Part shown: positions 12,464 through 25,234 of the stretch, one piece after another
Numbering within the stretch: the first letter of the stretch is position 1
Layout: the number at the start of each line of letters is the position of its first letter
Assembly (NCBI RefSeq): GCF_009914755.1
Contig: NC_060942.1
Direction: 5' to 3' (one strand)
DNA: 64,000 nt
From: the human T2T-CHM13v2.0 reference genome, Homo sapiens
Made by a program: the position numbers and the translations under genes
The notes under the pieces: model-generated
Told to the model about the DNA's origin: nothing
Database searches by the model: none
The model's input: only the letters and a program-made list of their open reading frames with translations

Positions 12464-13197
12464 CGCACACACAAACACTCACACACCCAATACACCACAC
12501 ACAGGAATGTACAGACACCAAACCCACATACAGCACACACACATCACATACACATACCCTTCACAGAGACAGACACACAAATACCAGACACATACCCCAC
12601 ACCAGACCACACACAGACACCACACACACCACACAAACAGACACCACACACACACCACACACACACCACACACACACCACACACCACACACACACACCAT
12701 ACACACACCACACACACACACCACACACCACACACACACACCATACACATACCACACACAAAGACATTGCACACATGCCCCGTCCCCACCCACACACACA
12801 GGAATTGCACACATGTCCACCACACACACACACACCAAACACATACCCCACACCATACCACACACAGACACCACACACACCACACACACAGACATTGCAC
12901 ACATGCCCACCACACACACATACAGACACACACAGACACCAAACACATACCTCACACCATACCACACCCACCCACCACACACACACAGACACACACATTA
13001 CATTATACCATACACACACACACAAACTACACACACATATACCACACCACACATGCAGACATGGACACCAGACACATGTACACCACATGTCGCTCACAGA
13101 TAGACACACACACACACTGCACACACACCACACACACGCACACACATGCGCACACACACACGCACACGCACACACTCACACACACACACAGACTCAC
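12461..13197. repeat. Compound CA-rich low-complexity tract ((CA)n/(CACAC)n)
   Basis: ~740 bp almost entirely C and A on the + strand; source of the His/Thr and Cys/Val ORFs. Confidence 0.97.
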
Positions 13198-13665
13198 AAT
13201 GGATAGATGAATACATAAGAAAAGTTTTTAAAAATTTCTTACTGTCATTTAAATATCATTTTTACCCAAGTAAAAAGCATCAGGCTTAAACTTTAATGAC
13301 AATGTACTCTACAGTTGCTAAATTGTGTTTAAATATAAGTAAATCCCCTACTTTCCTATATAATTTGGAAATAAAAGATGCAGGTTATTAATTTAAAATA
13401 TTAAGATTTTCTTAGCTTCATGTTCAAAACTTTCCATGACCTAGTCCCAAACCACCTTGTTGGTTTTCTCATGATGTTGACCAGTGAATCCTACACTGGC
13501 CACACCATCTTTCTTGTGGTTACTGGCAGTGCTATTCACTTTTATGACTCTTTCCCTTTGCTTTGCTATTTCTTCTATGTGGAGTTCCTTTTTCCCTTAT
13601 TCTCCACAAATCAACATCCTGCTCATTACTCAAAATCTGCTTCTGTGATTCCTGAGTTGGGATGA

Positions 13666-13910
<245 letters not shown>

Positions 13911-13924
13911 ATTTTTAAAAAAAG

Positions 13925-14460
13925 AAAGAGAGCAAAAACTCAAACAGATACTTGCAAACCAATGTTCATAGCAGCATTATTCACAATAATCAAAAGGTAG
14001 GAACAACCCAAATGCCCATTGATAGATACATGGATAAACAAAATGTGATTTAGCCATGCAACAGAATATTGTTCAGCCTCAGGAAGGAATGAAATTGTGA
14101 CACATGCTATGACATAGATGAACTTTGAAGACTTTATATTAAATGAATTAAGCCAGACACCAAAGGACAACTATTATTTGATTTCACTTACAGGAGGTCC
14201 ATCAAGTAGTCAGATACATAGAGACAGCCAGTAGAATGGTGGTTACCAGTGGGTAGCGGGAGAAAGGAATAGGAACTATTGTTTAATGAGCACAAAGTTT
14301 CAGTTTGGGATGATGAAGAAATTCTAGAAATGGCTAGTGGTGATGGTCACATGACAACGTAAATGTTCTTAATGCCGTTGAACTGTGCACTTAAAAATGG
14401 TCAAAATGGTAAATTTTATGTTATATATGTTTTATCGCCATAAAGAGTATTTTAAAAATT
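13925..14460 (+). mobile_element. L1MB 3' end
   Basis: atgttcatagcagcattattcacaata...tttcagtttgggatgatgaag...cacttaaaaatggtcaaaatggtaaattttatg. Confidence 0.88.
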
Positions 14461-15184
14461 AGGATCCCAACTTCCTGTTAATGAACATGATTGATATTCC
14501 AGCTCCCTCTGGCACCATCATCAATTGCAGGCCTGTTTTCAGACCCAATCATAGAACTGCATGCAGCACTCAGGGGCTACACCTAGTACATGAGTGTGGG
14601 TTGCTAGGCAGGGGATTGCCCAGCCTATTTGGGTCTAACCCTTCCCAGAAACCTATAAAAATCTACCTGACTGAGCAGCAGGGCATGTGCACACTACAAG
14701 TACCCCGAGTGTTATGTATTAGGGAGGCACTGAATTAAGAAAACAAATCCGCAAACATTCGCCCAGGAAGGGTAAGTTACAACCTGTGGAAGAGAAGCTT
14801 TCTCTCCAGAGGGACCTGTACAGGCTGGGACACCACGGTCCGCTGACAGTGCAACAAGACTGCCTACTTGAACTCTCACCCCAAGACCCTCCCAAGCTCC
14901 ACCCATCAATGCTCTTCCATGAAACTTTGTGGCTGCAGCAGCAGTTACAATGTCCCCACCACCCTCAGATTGCCCGGCTCTGATCCCAGCCCCCTCGCCA
15001 TGCAGTTTTCTCTGTGGCAGCATCTCAACGGTGTCCTCTCCTGCCCTTGCAGAGCGACTGCTTTTCTGAGCATCTGTCAACAACCCCTTATCCCATCAAG
15101 CGCTGCTAGCAGCACCCCACATCAGGGGAAGAGGCTCAGGAAAGGACCGGGGCTTCAGTCCAGCCCCCACTTAACAGTTGAGCC

Positions 15185-15320
15185 ATAGTTCTCACACTTC
15201 CAAGTGCACAAGAGTTACTGGGGCACCTGTGAAAATCTGAGGGGGTCCTGGTGCCCGATTTGTAATACACACTTCCCAAAGAATTCTGATGTAGGCGCTC
15301 ATATTCTGAGAAACAGCAAA
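15185..15320. mobile_element. MER5A-like hAT MITE remnant
   Basis: gttctcacactt...gttactggggcacctgtgaaaat...attctgatg...tgagaaacagc. Confidence 0.55.
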
Positions 15321-15864
15321 CTTGAATCTCATTCTCCTCTCGTATAGATGAGAATAACCATCCTTTAATGCAAGAATTCCTTGAGGTAATATATACAGCA
15401 GCATCTAGCATAGTGCTTGGCTCAAAGTAGGCATTCAGCATATTCATTTAAATTTGAAATGAATGTAGAAAGGAATGGGTTGTGCAAATCATATACCCTT
15501 GCAGGAGGATTAAGGCCAGCATGAGCCTCCGAAACAGAGGGGTTGATACCATTTGTTCTACTGAAATATAAACATAAATGAATTTGATTTTCAAATTCAT
15601 TTTCTGAGAATAGAGCATCTATCTTTTATCCGGAATCTACTGCATGAACGGCTGCCATGGCTCACACAATGACTAAGAAGGTTGTTCTAGCAAAGATGAA
15701 AACTGGAAGCTACAACCAGCCTAAAGTCTCAAGTGGATGCAAGGTGAGCCTCTCCAATGGGCAGCTGGGACTCCAGAGAGCCATGGCTTTCCTGACCTTA
15801 ACTTCCCAGCTTTGCTCATGTCTCTAGAAATGTAGAAATATCACAGAATTTAAAAAGAAAAAAC

Positions 15865-16902
15865 TCACTTCATATACATTGGGATGTTCATAATCAAAAA
15901 AACAGACGCTGGATGCAGTGGCTCACAGTTGTAATCCCAGCACTTTGGGAAGCTAAAGCAGGAGGATGGCTTGTGGCCAGGAGTTCGAGACCAGCATGAG
16001 CAACATAGCAAGGCCCTGTCTCTACAAAAAAATTAAAAATCAGCTGAGCATGGTGGTGTGTGCCTATAGTTCCACCTACTTGGGAGGCTGAAGTAGGAGG
16101 ATTACTTAAGTCCAGGAGTTCAAGGCTGCAGTGAGCTATGATCACACCACTGTACTCCAGCCTGGGTGACAGAGGGAGATGCTGTCTCTAAAAATCAAGC
16201 AAACAGAAAATAACAAGTTTTGGTGAGAATATTAAGAAATGGGAGCCCTCATATATCATTGATAGGAATGTAAACTGGTCTAGCTGCTGTGGGAAACGGT
16301 ATGGCAATTCCTTAAAAAATTAAACATAGAATTACCATATGATCCAGCAATCTGACTTCTGAGTACTTACCCAAGAGAACTGAAAGCAGGAACTCAAACA
16401 GATATTTGCACACTCATGTTCATAGCAGCTCTGTTCAAAGTAGCCAGAAGGCGGAAGCAGCTCAGGGGTCTATCAATGGGTGAATGGATGGATAAACAGA
16501 ACACTATGTGTCCACAAAAGAGAATATGATTCGGCCTCAAAAAGGAAGGAAATTCAGACACAGGTTACAACATAGTTGAACCTTGAAGACATTATGCTAA
16601 GAGCAATAAGCCAGTTATAAAAAGAAAAATACTCTATGATTCCATTTATATCAGATCCTGAGAGTGTCGAATTCATAGGAATGGGAAGTAGATGATGGTG
16701 TTAGGACTGGGGGAGGGGGAATGGGGAGTTAGTGTTTAATGGATGCAGAGTTTGTGTTTGGGATGAAGAAAAATTTCTGGAGATGGATGATAGTGTTGGT
16801 TCTATGATAATCTGGATATACTTAATGCCACTGAACTGTGTACTTAAAATGATTAAAATGATAACTTTTATGGTATGTATACTTTACTGCAATTAAAAAA
16901 AA
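15865..16902 (+). mobile_element. 5'-truncated L1MB with an Alu near its 5' end
   Basis: aaacatagaattaccatatgatccagcaatc and L1MB 3' UTR; AGAAAA(AA)CTCAC on both flanks is a probable TSD. Confidence 0.88.
15907..16194 (+). mobile_element. AluJ inside L1MB
   Basis: Dimer; degraded TSD aatcaaaaaaacaga / aatcaagcaaacaga. Confidence 0.92.
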
Positions 16903-17236
16903 GAAAACTCACAAGGGCAGAAATTTAGATTTTTCCCTTAAATATCCTCTTTTATTTGTGAACACAAAGTATTTTTCTCACATGATGTTATTCTGCTAGG
17001 TGGTCACGAGATGATCTTTTGCAAGGCCGGCAGGTAGAAGAAACCAGCCTGAAGAAATAAATAGAAATTTTCTGAGGGCAGAACCAGGAAGTCTTAAGCT
17101 GGATGAGAAATCTACTAGTTCTACCTGCTAATTGTGTAGAGGTGGAAACTGAGAGCTCAAGTGGCCTGAGTGAGGCCACACAGTGGGGGAAGTCAGGCTT
17201 CAGTGGCTCATGATACCTAAACTTTGACTTGCCTAC

Positions 17237-17333
17237 CTAGACTCATCCTCTACAATACACTTAAGAAACAGAATGAGCAGGATGAGGCTAGACTCATCCT
17301 CTATAACACACTTAAGAAACGGAGCGAGCAGGC
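17237..17333. repeat. Imperfect 51-bp tandem duplication
   Basis: ctagactcatcctctayaayacacttaagaaac recurs at 17237 and 17288. Confidence 0.9.
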
Positions 17334-17627
17334 TGGGTGCGGTGGCTCATACTGTAATCTCAACACTTTGGGAGGCCGAGGTGGGCAGATTGTTTGAGCC
17401 CAGGAATTGAAGACCAGCCCGGGCAATATAGTAAGACCCCATCTCTACAAAAAAAAAGAAAAGAAAGAAAAAATTAGCCAGGCATAGTGGTGCACAACTC
17501 TAGTCCCAGCTACTCAGGAGGCTGAGGTGACAGGATTGCTTGAGCCCAGGAGTTCAACGCTACGGTAAGCTGTGATTGCACCACTGCACTCAAGCCTGGG
17601 CAACAGAGCAAGACCCTGTCTCAAAAA
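17331..17627 (+). mobile_element. AluJ
   Basis: Dimer; degraded TSD aagaaacggagcgagca / aagaaaatggagagagca. Confidence 0.93.
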
Positions 17628-17907
17628 GAAAATGGAGAGAGCAAAATGGATAGAACAGTATGTGCACATGTGCACTTAACCAAAGGTAAAGCATGGGAAT
17701 CATTTATGCATGTGATTCCAGCACAATAAAATGATTTAAACCATTTTAGTTTGCCAGAAGATTCCAGAACCGGATGCTTACTTCTGGCTTATTGCTGCAC
17801 ATTGACCTTTTTTACCCTGTGTGTGCACAAGAAATGGGCCTATTTTCCAGATTCTATTAAAAGAAATTCCTACCAAACAGGGGGAAAAAGGATTCAACAG
17901 AAACAAA

Positions 17908-18030
17908 ACTTATTCAATGTTTCATGCATCAAATATTTATTGAGTGTCTGTTATATGCCAGGGACTGGGACTATGTTAGCCCAGGGACTATGCTGAGAAC
18001 AAGCCAAGGATAGTTCCTGCCTTCATGAAG
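17908..18030 (-). mobile_element. L2 3'-end fragment
   Basis: caaatatttattgagtgtctgttatatgccagg...gttcctgccttcatgaag. Confidence 0.65.
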
Positions 18031-18164
18031 TGCTGCCCTCAGACAAGTACATAGAATGTCATACTAAGGGAAGGCTGAAGAGCTTGGGGAACATTTGGGA
18101 ATTACAGGAAATCAAAGCCTGGTGTTGTAAAGGTTAAAATGAGGAAAGCTTGGAGAGCTCAGGC

Positions 18165-18834
18165 GGCAATTAGGATGGTTCATTCAGGGAAGGAGAACTC
18201 CTGGGAGATAAGGAGATGGTGGGTAGGTGGGGTAGGTAGGTAGGTGGGTGGGTGGGTGAATGGATAGAGAAAGGGAAAGACAGACAAAGAGGTTTCAATA
18301 GAATTGTGACAGGGATTGGCCTTATGCGATCGCTGTAAGGCTGTTATCTTCACGTCTGAGGCTGCAGCCTAATGTCCATGGGGCAGGCAGTTGGGGAAGG
18401 AAAGACAGCTGCAGACTGGGGAGATGTAGAACATGCTGGAACCCACAGCACGAACTGGAGCCCACAAGGAGGGACTGGCGTCCACGTCCACCTTACTGCT
18501 TCTGTCCTTGATGTGGGTGTCAGGCATGAGCCAGCGCTCTTTGTCATGGACCAAAACACACACACCTGGCCCCAGAGTCAGAGATGCTGAAGGAAGCCCC
18601 CGGCAGGGTGGAATGGCAGGCCCAGCCCAGGCCTCATGCCCAGGAGGAGAGCCCGCGGGTGCAAGACTGCCTGTGGCAGTCCCGGGAATGGCTGCTGCTC
18701 TGTCTCCGCTGCCTCCCTTTTGCAAGAATCTCTTCAGTGCTGACACTGACTGGAAATGTCGAGGGAAGGGAATTCTGGAAAATGCAGTTCTGCCTTGCCG
18801 CACTGACACATTGTAAAGCCAACACAGATGGCAA
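18165..18834 (-). mobile_element. MLT2F-like ERVL LTR with internal (GGTA/GGTG)n tract
   Basis: ggattggccttatgcgat and gggaagggaattctggaaaatgcagttc...ctgacacattgtaaagccaaca terminus. Confidence 0.6.
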
Positions 18835-19191
18835 GCTAGCCAAGACTTGGAGTTGGAGCAGGTCTCCAAAGAGAAGGTGACATCTAAGCCAAGGCCCAAG
18901 GAAGGGCAGGAGGCAGCTGGATGGAGGAAAGAGAGAGACTCCCCAGAGTGCTGGGATCCCATGAAAACAAACGTTGTCTGGAAAAACCTTGTGTTTTGAA
19001 AAGGAAATGGAATTTTAAAAGGGAAAAGTGTGTCCCCAAAGAATAAACTTGTCCAAAAACAAAAACATAACACTTTTATTTAGCATCTAAGTGAATTGAA
19101 ATCAATAAACTGGTTGAGAAACCACTTTCCAAACTCACCTGATGGGTCACAGCTTCCTCCCCCTTCCCTCCCTTCCACCTTTCTTTCTTCA

Positions 19192-19311
19192 TTTTTTTTG
19201 AGATGGGGGTCTTGCTACATTGCCCAGGCTGGCCTCGAATTCTTAGGCTCAAGCAAACCTTCTTCCTCAGCCTCCCGAGTAGCTGGGACTACAGGTCCCA
19301 CCACTCCTGGC
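19192..19311 (-). mobile_element. FLAM monomer
   Basis: Single Alu monomer gagatgggggtcttgctacattgcccaggctgg...cctggcc. Confidence 0.85.
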
Positions 19312-20024
19312 CCTTTCATCTTTCTTACTTCCCTGCCATCCCCTTCCAACCCCTGCCCAATCCTCATTCTCCTCTACCCACCAACCTCCTTCTCCTCATT
19401 CCTCATTTCCCTCCTTGTTCCAGCCAAGGAAATTGCTGGGTGAGGTTCAGATCACACAGATATCTTAGCTTGTGTTTTTAGATGTTACTCAGGAGTAATA
19501 CCAGTCATGCCATATAAATATCACAGCTTGGGGTTGCAGGTTAGTACTCACATCGTCCTGGTATGGGTTGCCAAAATGCCAGTGGTGTAAGAGCCTCTGA
19601 ATCCTCTCTATGCCTGTACAGTCAGAGCCAGTTCTCCCCCCACAGCCTCTAACAAAGAGCAGGGAAATAAATACCATGTTTGCAATAAATACCTGGGTCA
19701 GAGTTTGACTCAACAATCAAATATATGTCCTCTAAATTCAATTTAGTCCATTTCCTGAGTGAAACCAAATATGCTGCAAGAAAGGCAGGCTTCCTGTCTT
19801 TCCTAGCCCTTTTGAAAAATGATGATTCTTAGGAAAGCCACCCTAGAGGGCTGCTTCTGGCCTGACACTGGGACAACCTAGGCCCGACAGGGAGGGGGAA
19901 GGGAGGGAGGAAGGGAGGAGCCCACTGCCGACGGAGGAGGCAGGTGGTCCCAAACCGAAATGCAGCATACAGATTCCAGAGCTTTTGTCCCCATCCTGAG
20001 GGGGCAGATCCTTCCTTCCCCACT

Positions 20025-20605
20025 TAGCCAGGTGTCCCCAAGACAAAGCTCAAATTCTGTGATCCACTGGAAGGACTCCTGGAACTCAGAAGAGCCACTG
20101 GGCTCGTGGTTATGGTTTGTTGCAGTAAAAGGATACAGACTGTTGTCAGAGGAAAAAGATGCACAGGCCGGAGCCCAGAGAATGGCTGAGCTCCCTGTTT
20201 TTACTCTCAGTGGAGTCATGCAGACAGTGCTCAATTCCCCAGGAATCTTGTGGACAAGATGTACAAAGTATTGCCAACCAGGGAAGCTTCCATAAGCCTC
20301 CGTGTCCAGGGATTTTGCTGGGGTTAGGCTTTCAGGCATGAATGCGTCGTTACTGACCTTAGCTATTTGGATTTCAGCCTCTCCAGAGGCCGAACAGTGT
20401 GGCCCAAGGTCCCACCATAGATAACACTGTTAGGCTAGACTAGCCAGTGTGGCCCAAGGCCTGAGATGAGCAAAGACACCCCTATCAGGCAGAATATTCC
20501 AAGGGCTTAGAGGTTATCTCCCAGGAACCAGGCAAAGGCCAGACCTTTCTCTTAGATGTGCAGGGTTTGAATGACCCAAGCCTGCAGAGTCAACTCTACT
20601 GCCCG
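20025..20605 (-). mobile_element. MER21-family (MER21C-like) LTR
   Basis: atcaggcagaatattccaagggcttagaggttatctcccaggaaccaggcaaaggccagacctttct. Confidence 0.8.
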
Positions 20606-20895
20606 TCCACACTTGTCTGCTGCTGTTCCTCACCTCTCCAGTGAGCGTGGAGTTCCATGGTCTCAGGTGGGTGATGCTAGGTGAGAGGTTTCCTGCAACT
20701 AACTAGCTGTGTGCCCTCTGGTGAAGATCTGTGAGTTCTCATTGCTTGGGTCTCCTCATTGGCAGGTGACAGCCGTCGCACCCACTCTGAATTTCCTGAC
20801 AGGCATAATAGAATTGAAGACACAGTGGATAACGACAGAGCCTCGTGTACTGCTAACAGGTACAGAAGCCAAATAGCCACTCTAGGGAGTTCTGG

Positions 20896-21209
<314 letters not shown>

Positions 21210-21410
21210 TGACATTTACAAAATGCTTACATATGCCAGGCACTATGTTTAGTGCTTACTTGGATTCTCTCATTTAACCCTCAAGTAATTCTCTAAGGAA
21301 AGTACTATCATGTCACCCCCATCTGAGAGGACTGAGGCTCAGTGAGGTCCCGTGAGGTCACAGAAACAGCTTTTAAACTGTGTCAAGATAGCCAGAGCTG
21401 GAACAGCAGA
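21210..21410 (-). mobile_element. MIR
   Basis: tatgccaggcactatg...ctcatttaaccctca...gactgaggctcagtgagg. Confidence 0.7.
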
Positions 21411-21932
21411 GCTACGCTGATTGCCCACTGGACACGGAAAAGCGGCTTCTCTCACACGAAGGTGTGTTCAGCAGGTTTCCCTAGGTTAAAGGAGAAAGGC
21501 TGGATGCAGGATAGAAAGAAAAATGCTTTGCTCCATGAAGGTGGATTCTGAAGGGTGTATTTGACTGAGGAGACAACTGTAAAGTCCCTTGGGAACTGGT
21601 CCTTGCTCTGATTTTTGCCACCAAAGTACTGCTGTCAAACAGATTCAAACGGGTTTCACAATTAATGTGAAGAGGCTCCGGTTACACCGCAAATGAGTGT
21701 GATTGCTCCTCAGGATTAAGGATGTTTTTCTGTGGCTGAACTGAAGCATCTGTCCTCAGGGCTGGAGGCTGGGTATCACCACAGCTGACCTCCTCTCCAT
21801 GGTAAGTGTCTCCCACCTGCCCCTCACGGCCAAACAACTCGTCAGGGGCTCAGGGAATGTGGACTGGCCTTAGAATGAGAATGTGCATGTTGCCGGTTCT
21901 CAACATCATTGTCTTCGAGGAAAACCTCATTT

Positions 21933-23648
21933 GTGTTTGTGTGTGATTTTTTATTTAATTTTTAAAATTTTTGTGGGTACATAGTAGGTGTATATACTTA
22001 TGGGTTATCTGAGATGTTTTGATACAGGCATGTGAGGTGAAATAAGCACATCATGGAGAATGGGGTATCCATCCACTCAAACATTTATCCTTTGAGTTAC
22101 AAATAATCAAATTATACTCTTTAAGTTATTTTAAAATGTACAATTAAGTAATTATTGACTATAGTCACCCTATTTTTGCTATCAAATAGTAGGTCTTATT
22201 CATTCTTTCTATTTTTTTTTGTACCCATTAACCATCCCCACCTCCCCTCCACAACCTCCCCCACCTACCCTTCCTAGCCTCTGGTAACCATCCTTCTATT
22301 CTCTATTTCCATGACTTCAATTGTTTTTTTAGATCCCACAGATAAGTGAGAACATGTGATATTTGTCTTTCTGTGCCTGCCTTATTTCACTTAACGTAAA
22401 GACCTCCAGTTCTATCTATGTCGTTGCAAATGACAGGATCTCATTCTTTTTTATGGCTGAATAGTACTCTATTATGTTTATGTACCACATTTTCTTTATC
22501 TATTCATCTGTTGATGGACACTTAGGTTGCTTCCAAATCTTGGCTATTGTAAACAGTACTGTAACAAACATAGGAGTGCCAATATCTCTTTGATACACTG
22601 ATTTTCTTTCTTTTGGGAATACACCCAGCAGTGGGATTGCTGGATCATATAGCAGCTCTATTTTTAGTTTTTTGAGGAACCTCCAAACTGTTCTCCACAG
22701 TAGCTGTACTAATTTACATTCCCACCCTTTTCTCCACATTCCGAAGAGCATTTGTTATTATCTGTCTTTTGGATATAAGCTATTTTAACTGAGATGAGAT
22801 GCTATCTCATTGGAGTTTTGATTTGCATTTCTCTGATGATCAATGATGTTAAGCACATTTTCGTATGCCTGTTTGTCATTCATGTGTCTTCTTTTGCGAA
22901 ATGTCTATTCAAGTCTTTTGCCCATTTTTGATCAGATTATTAGACATTTTCCTAGAGTTGTTTGAGACCCTTATATATTCAGGTTATTAGTCCCCTGTCA
23001 GATGGGTAGTTTGCAAATATTGCCTCCCATTCTGTGGGTTGTCGCTTCACTTTGTTGATTGTATCCTTCACTGTGCAGAAGCTTTTTAACTTGATGTGGT
23101 CCCATTTGTCCATTTTTGCTTTGGTTTCCTGTGCTTGTGGGGTATTACTCAAGAAATCTTTGCCCAGAACAATGCCCTGGAGATTTTCCCCAATGTTTTT
23201 TTATATTAGTTTCATAGTTTGAGGTCTTAGATTTAAGTCTTTAATCCATTTTTTGATTTTTATATATGGTGAGAGATAAGAGTCTAGTTTCATTCTTCTG
23301 CATATGGATATCCAGTTTTCCCAGCAACATTTATTGAAGACTGTCTCTTCCCTAGTGTATGTTCTTGGCACCTTTGTTGAAAATGAGTTTATTGTAGATG
23401 TGTGGATTTGTTTCTGGTTTCTCTATTCTGTTCCATTGGTCTATGTGTCAGTTTTTATGCCAGTACCATGCTGTTTTGGTTACTATAGCTCTGTAGTATA
23501 ATTTGAAGTCAGGTAATGTCATTCCTCCAGTTTTGTTCCTTTTGCTTAGGATAGCTTTAGAGATTCTGGGTCTTTTGGGGTTCCATATAAATTTTAGAAT
23601 TGTTTTTTCTATTTCTGCGAAGAATGTCATTGGTATTTTGTTAGAGAT
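21933..23648 (-). mobile_element. 5'-truncated L1MA (ORF2 C-terminus and 3' UTR)
   Basis: ttttgtgggtacatagtaggtgtatat 3' end; ORF2-like peptides ([23 protein letters not shown]); TSD GGAAAACYTCATTT at 21919-21932 and 23649-23662. Confidence 0.95.
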
Positions 23649-24274
23649 GGAAAACTTCATTTTTATTAGAGAACTGCAAAAGCAAACACCACCACTTGAT
23701 AGAGGCTTCTTCCCTGCCTCCATAGGCTCTTGCTGCTGCTAATCCTCCAAGATGAATCTGAAAGAGAAAACAACTGCTTAGTTGCTACAAATCATAGGAA
23801 GACTCTGGTGAGAAAATCTCCATAAAAGACTTCGGAAAAGATATGTGTCTTAAGGCAGAACTTGAGGAAAAGCAGGAGACTTGGCACAGAAGCCGCAGAA
23901 GGCTTTTTCCATGTGTAGGAACTTGCAAGGATGGCAGGAGGCTACAGAGAGCAGACTTGAAACCCTGTGAAAAGAAGAAATAAGCAAAGCAAGAGGATAA
24001 GCCCTGGGAGAACAGCGTGCTTCCCAGTGTCTGCCTCGTCCTGCACAGTAAGAGCCAGGTCAACTTCAGGAAATAAGCAAGGCCTCCAGAAGGAAGCACG
24101 ACCAGAAAATACAGCACAACTAGGAGCATATGGAAGGGATCCAAGAAGTGGAGACCATCATTCGGTAATAGAATCTGCTTTGGAGATGAGAGAGCCTAGA
24201 AGGATGCCCAATGCCCAGGTAAATATAGATTGTTCAAAATACATTCAATTTTCAAATAAGCCACTTTGGGAATT

Positions 24275-24345
24275 TTTAAATTATTATTATTAATATTATT
24301 TATATATGTTATATATAAATATTATTTATTATTAATAATATTATC
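24275..24345. repeat. AT-rich low-complexity patch
   Basis: Almost pure A/T with a short inverted core (tatttatata...tatataaata). Confidence 0.8.
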
Positions 24346-24347
24346 CA

Positions 24348-24862
24348 TAATGGGGTACTATTCAGCCATAAAAAAGAGATCCTGTCATTTGCAAAACATG
24401 GATGGAACTGGAGGTCATTATGTTAAGTGAAACAAGCCAGGCACAGAAAAACAAACATCACATGTTCTCACTTATTTGTGGGATCTAAAAATCAAAACAA
24501 TTGGACTTATGGACATAGAGGGTAGAAGATTGGTTACTAGAGGCTGGAACAGATAGTAGGAGGTAGATGAGAAGTGGGGATGGTTAATGGGTGCAAAAAA
24601 CATAAAAAGAATGAAGAAGGCCTACTATTTGGTTGCACAACAGTGTGACTATAGTCAAAAACCTACTTATACATTTAAAAATAATGAAAAGAGTGTAATT
24701 GGATTGTTTGTAACACGAAAGATAAATGCTTGAGGTGATGGACACTCCATTCTCCATGATGTGATTATTACACATTGCATGCCTGCATCAAAACATCTCA
24801 TGACTCCCACAAATATATATACCTATTATGTACTCACAAGAATTTTTTAAATTTTTTAAATA
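24348..24862 (+). mobile_element. L1MA 3' end
   Basis: tactattcagccataaaaaag...gaggtcattatgttaagtgaaa...atacctattatgtactcaca. Confidence 0.92.
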
Positions 24863-25234
24863 AGATAATAATATCATAGTGATTATTTTAATCCTAGAAA
24901 AAATTGCTGTGTCCTCAGAATATTACATTACTTTCAAATAAAAATGGGAAATTAAATTGGGATACAGTTCTAATATTGTTCCTTATCCCTGCTCTGTCCC
25001 ACTCTCCCATCTCCACACCTAGAAACATCCAAGAAGAGACCCTCTTTCTTCATCCAAAGAAGACTGAGGACTAGATTCTGTGGAATTTGAGTTTCTGACT
25101 AAAACATGGCCTGTTTTTCCTCCCCCTACAATCTAGGACCTGGCCCTCTGGGGGGTGTTTCTTTTTCTGTAACCATCTAGTTTCTCTTGCCAGTCAGACA
25201 CTGTCTCATCCAGTGATAGAAACCTGTACTACTG

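Noticed and set aside
11672-13210. 512-aa ORF with His/Thr-rich C-terminus, plus the antisense Cys/Val ORFs
   Set aside because: GTG start; runs through an LTR16C into the CA tract, which can hardly encode stops; open in several frames at once
18369-19073. 234-aa minus-strand ORF and overlapping ORFs
   Set aside because: Largely within a GC-rich MLT2-like LTR; no recognisable domain
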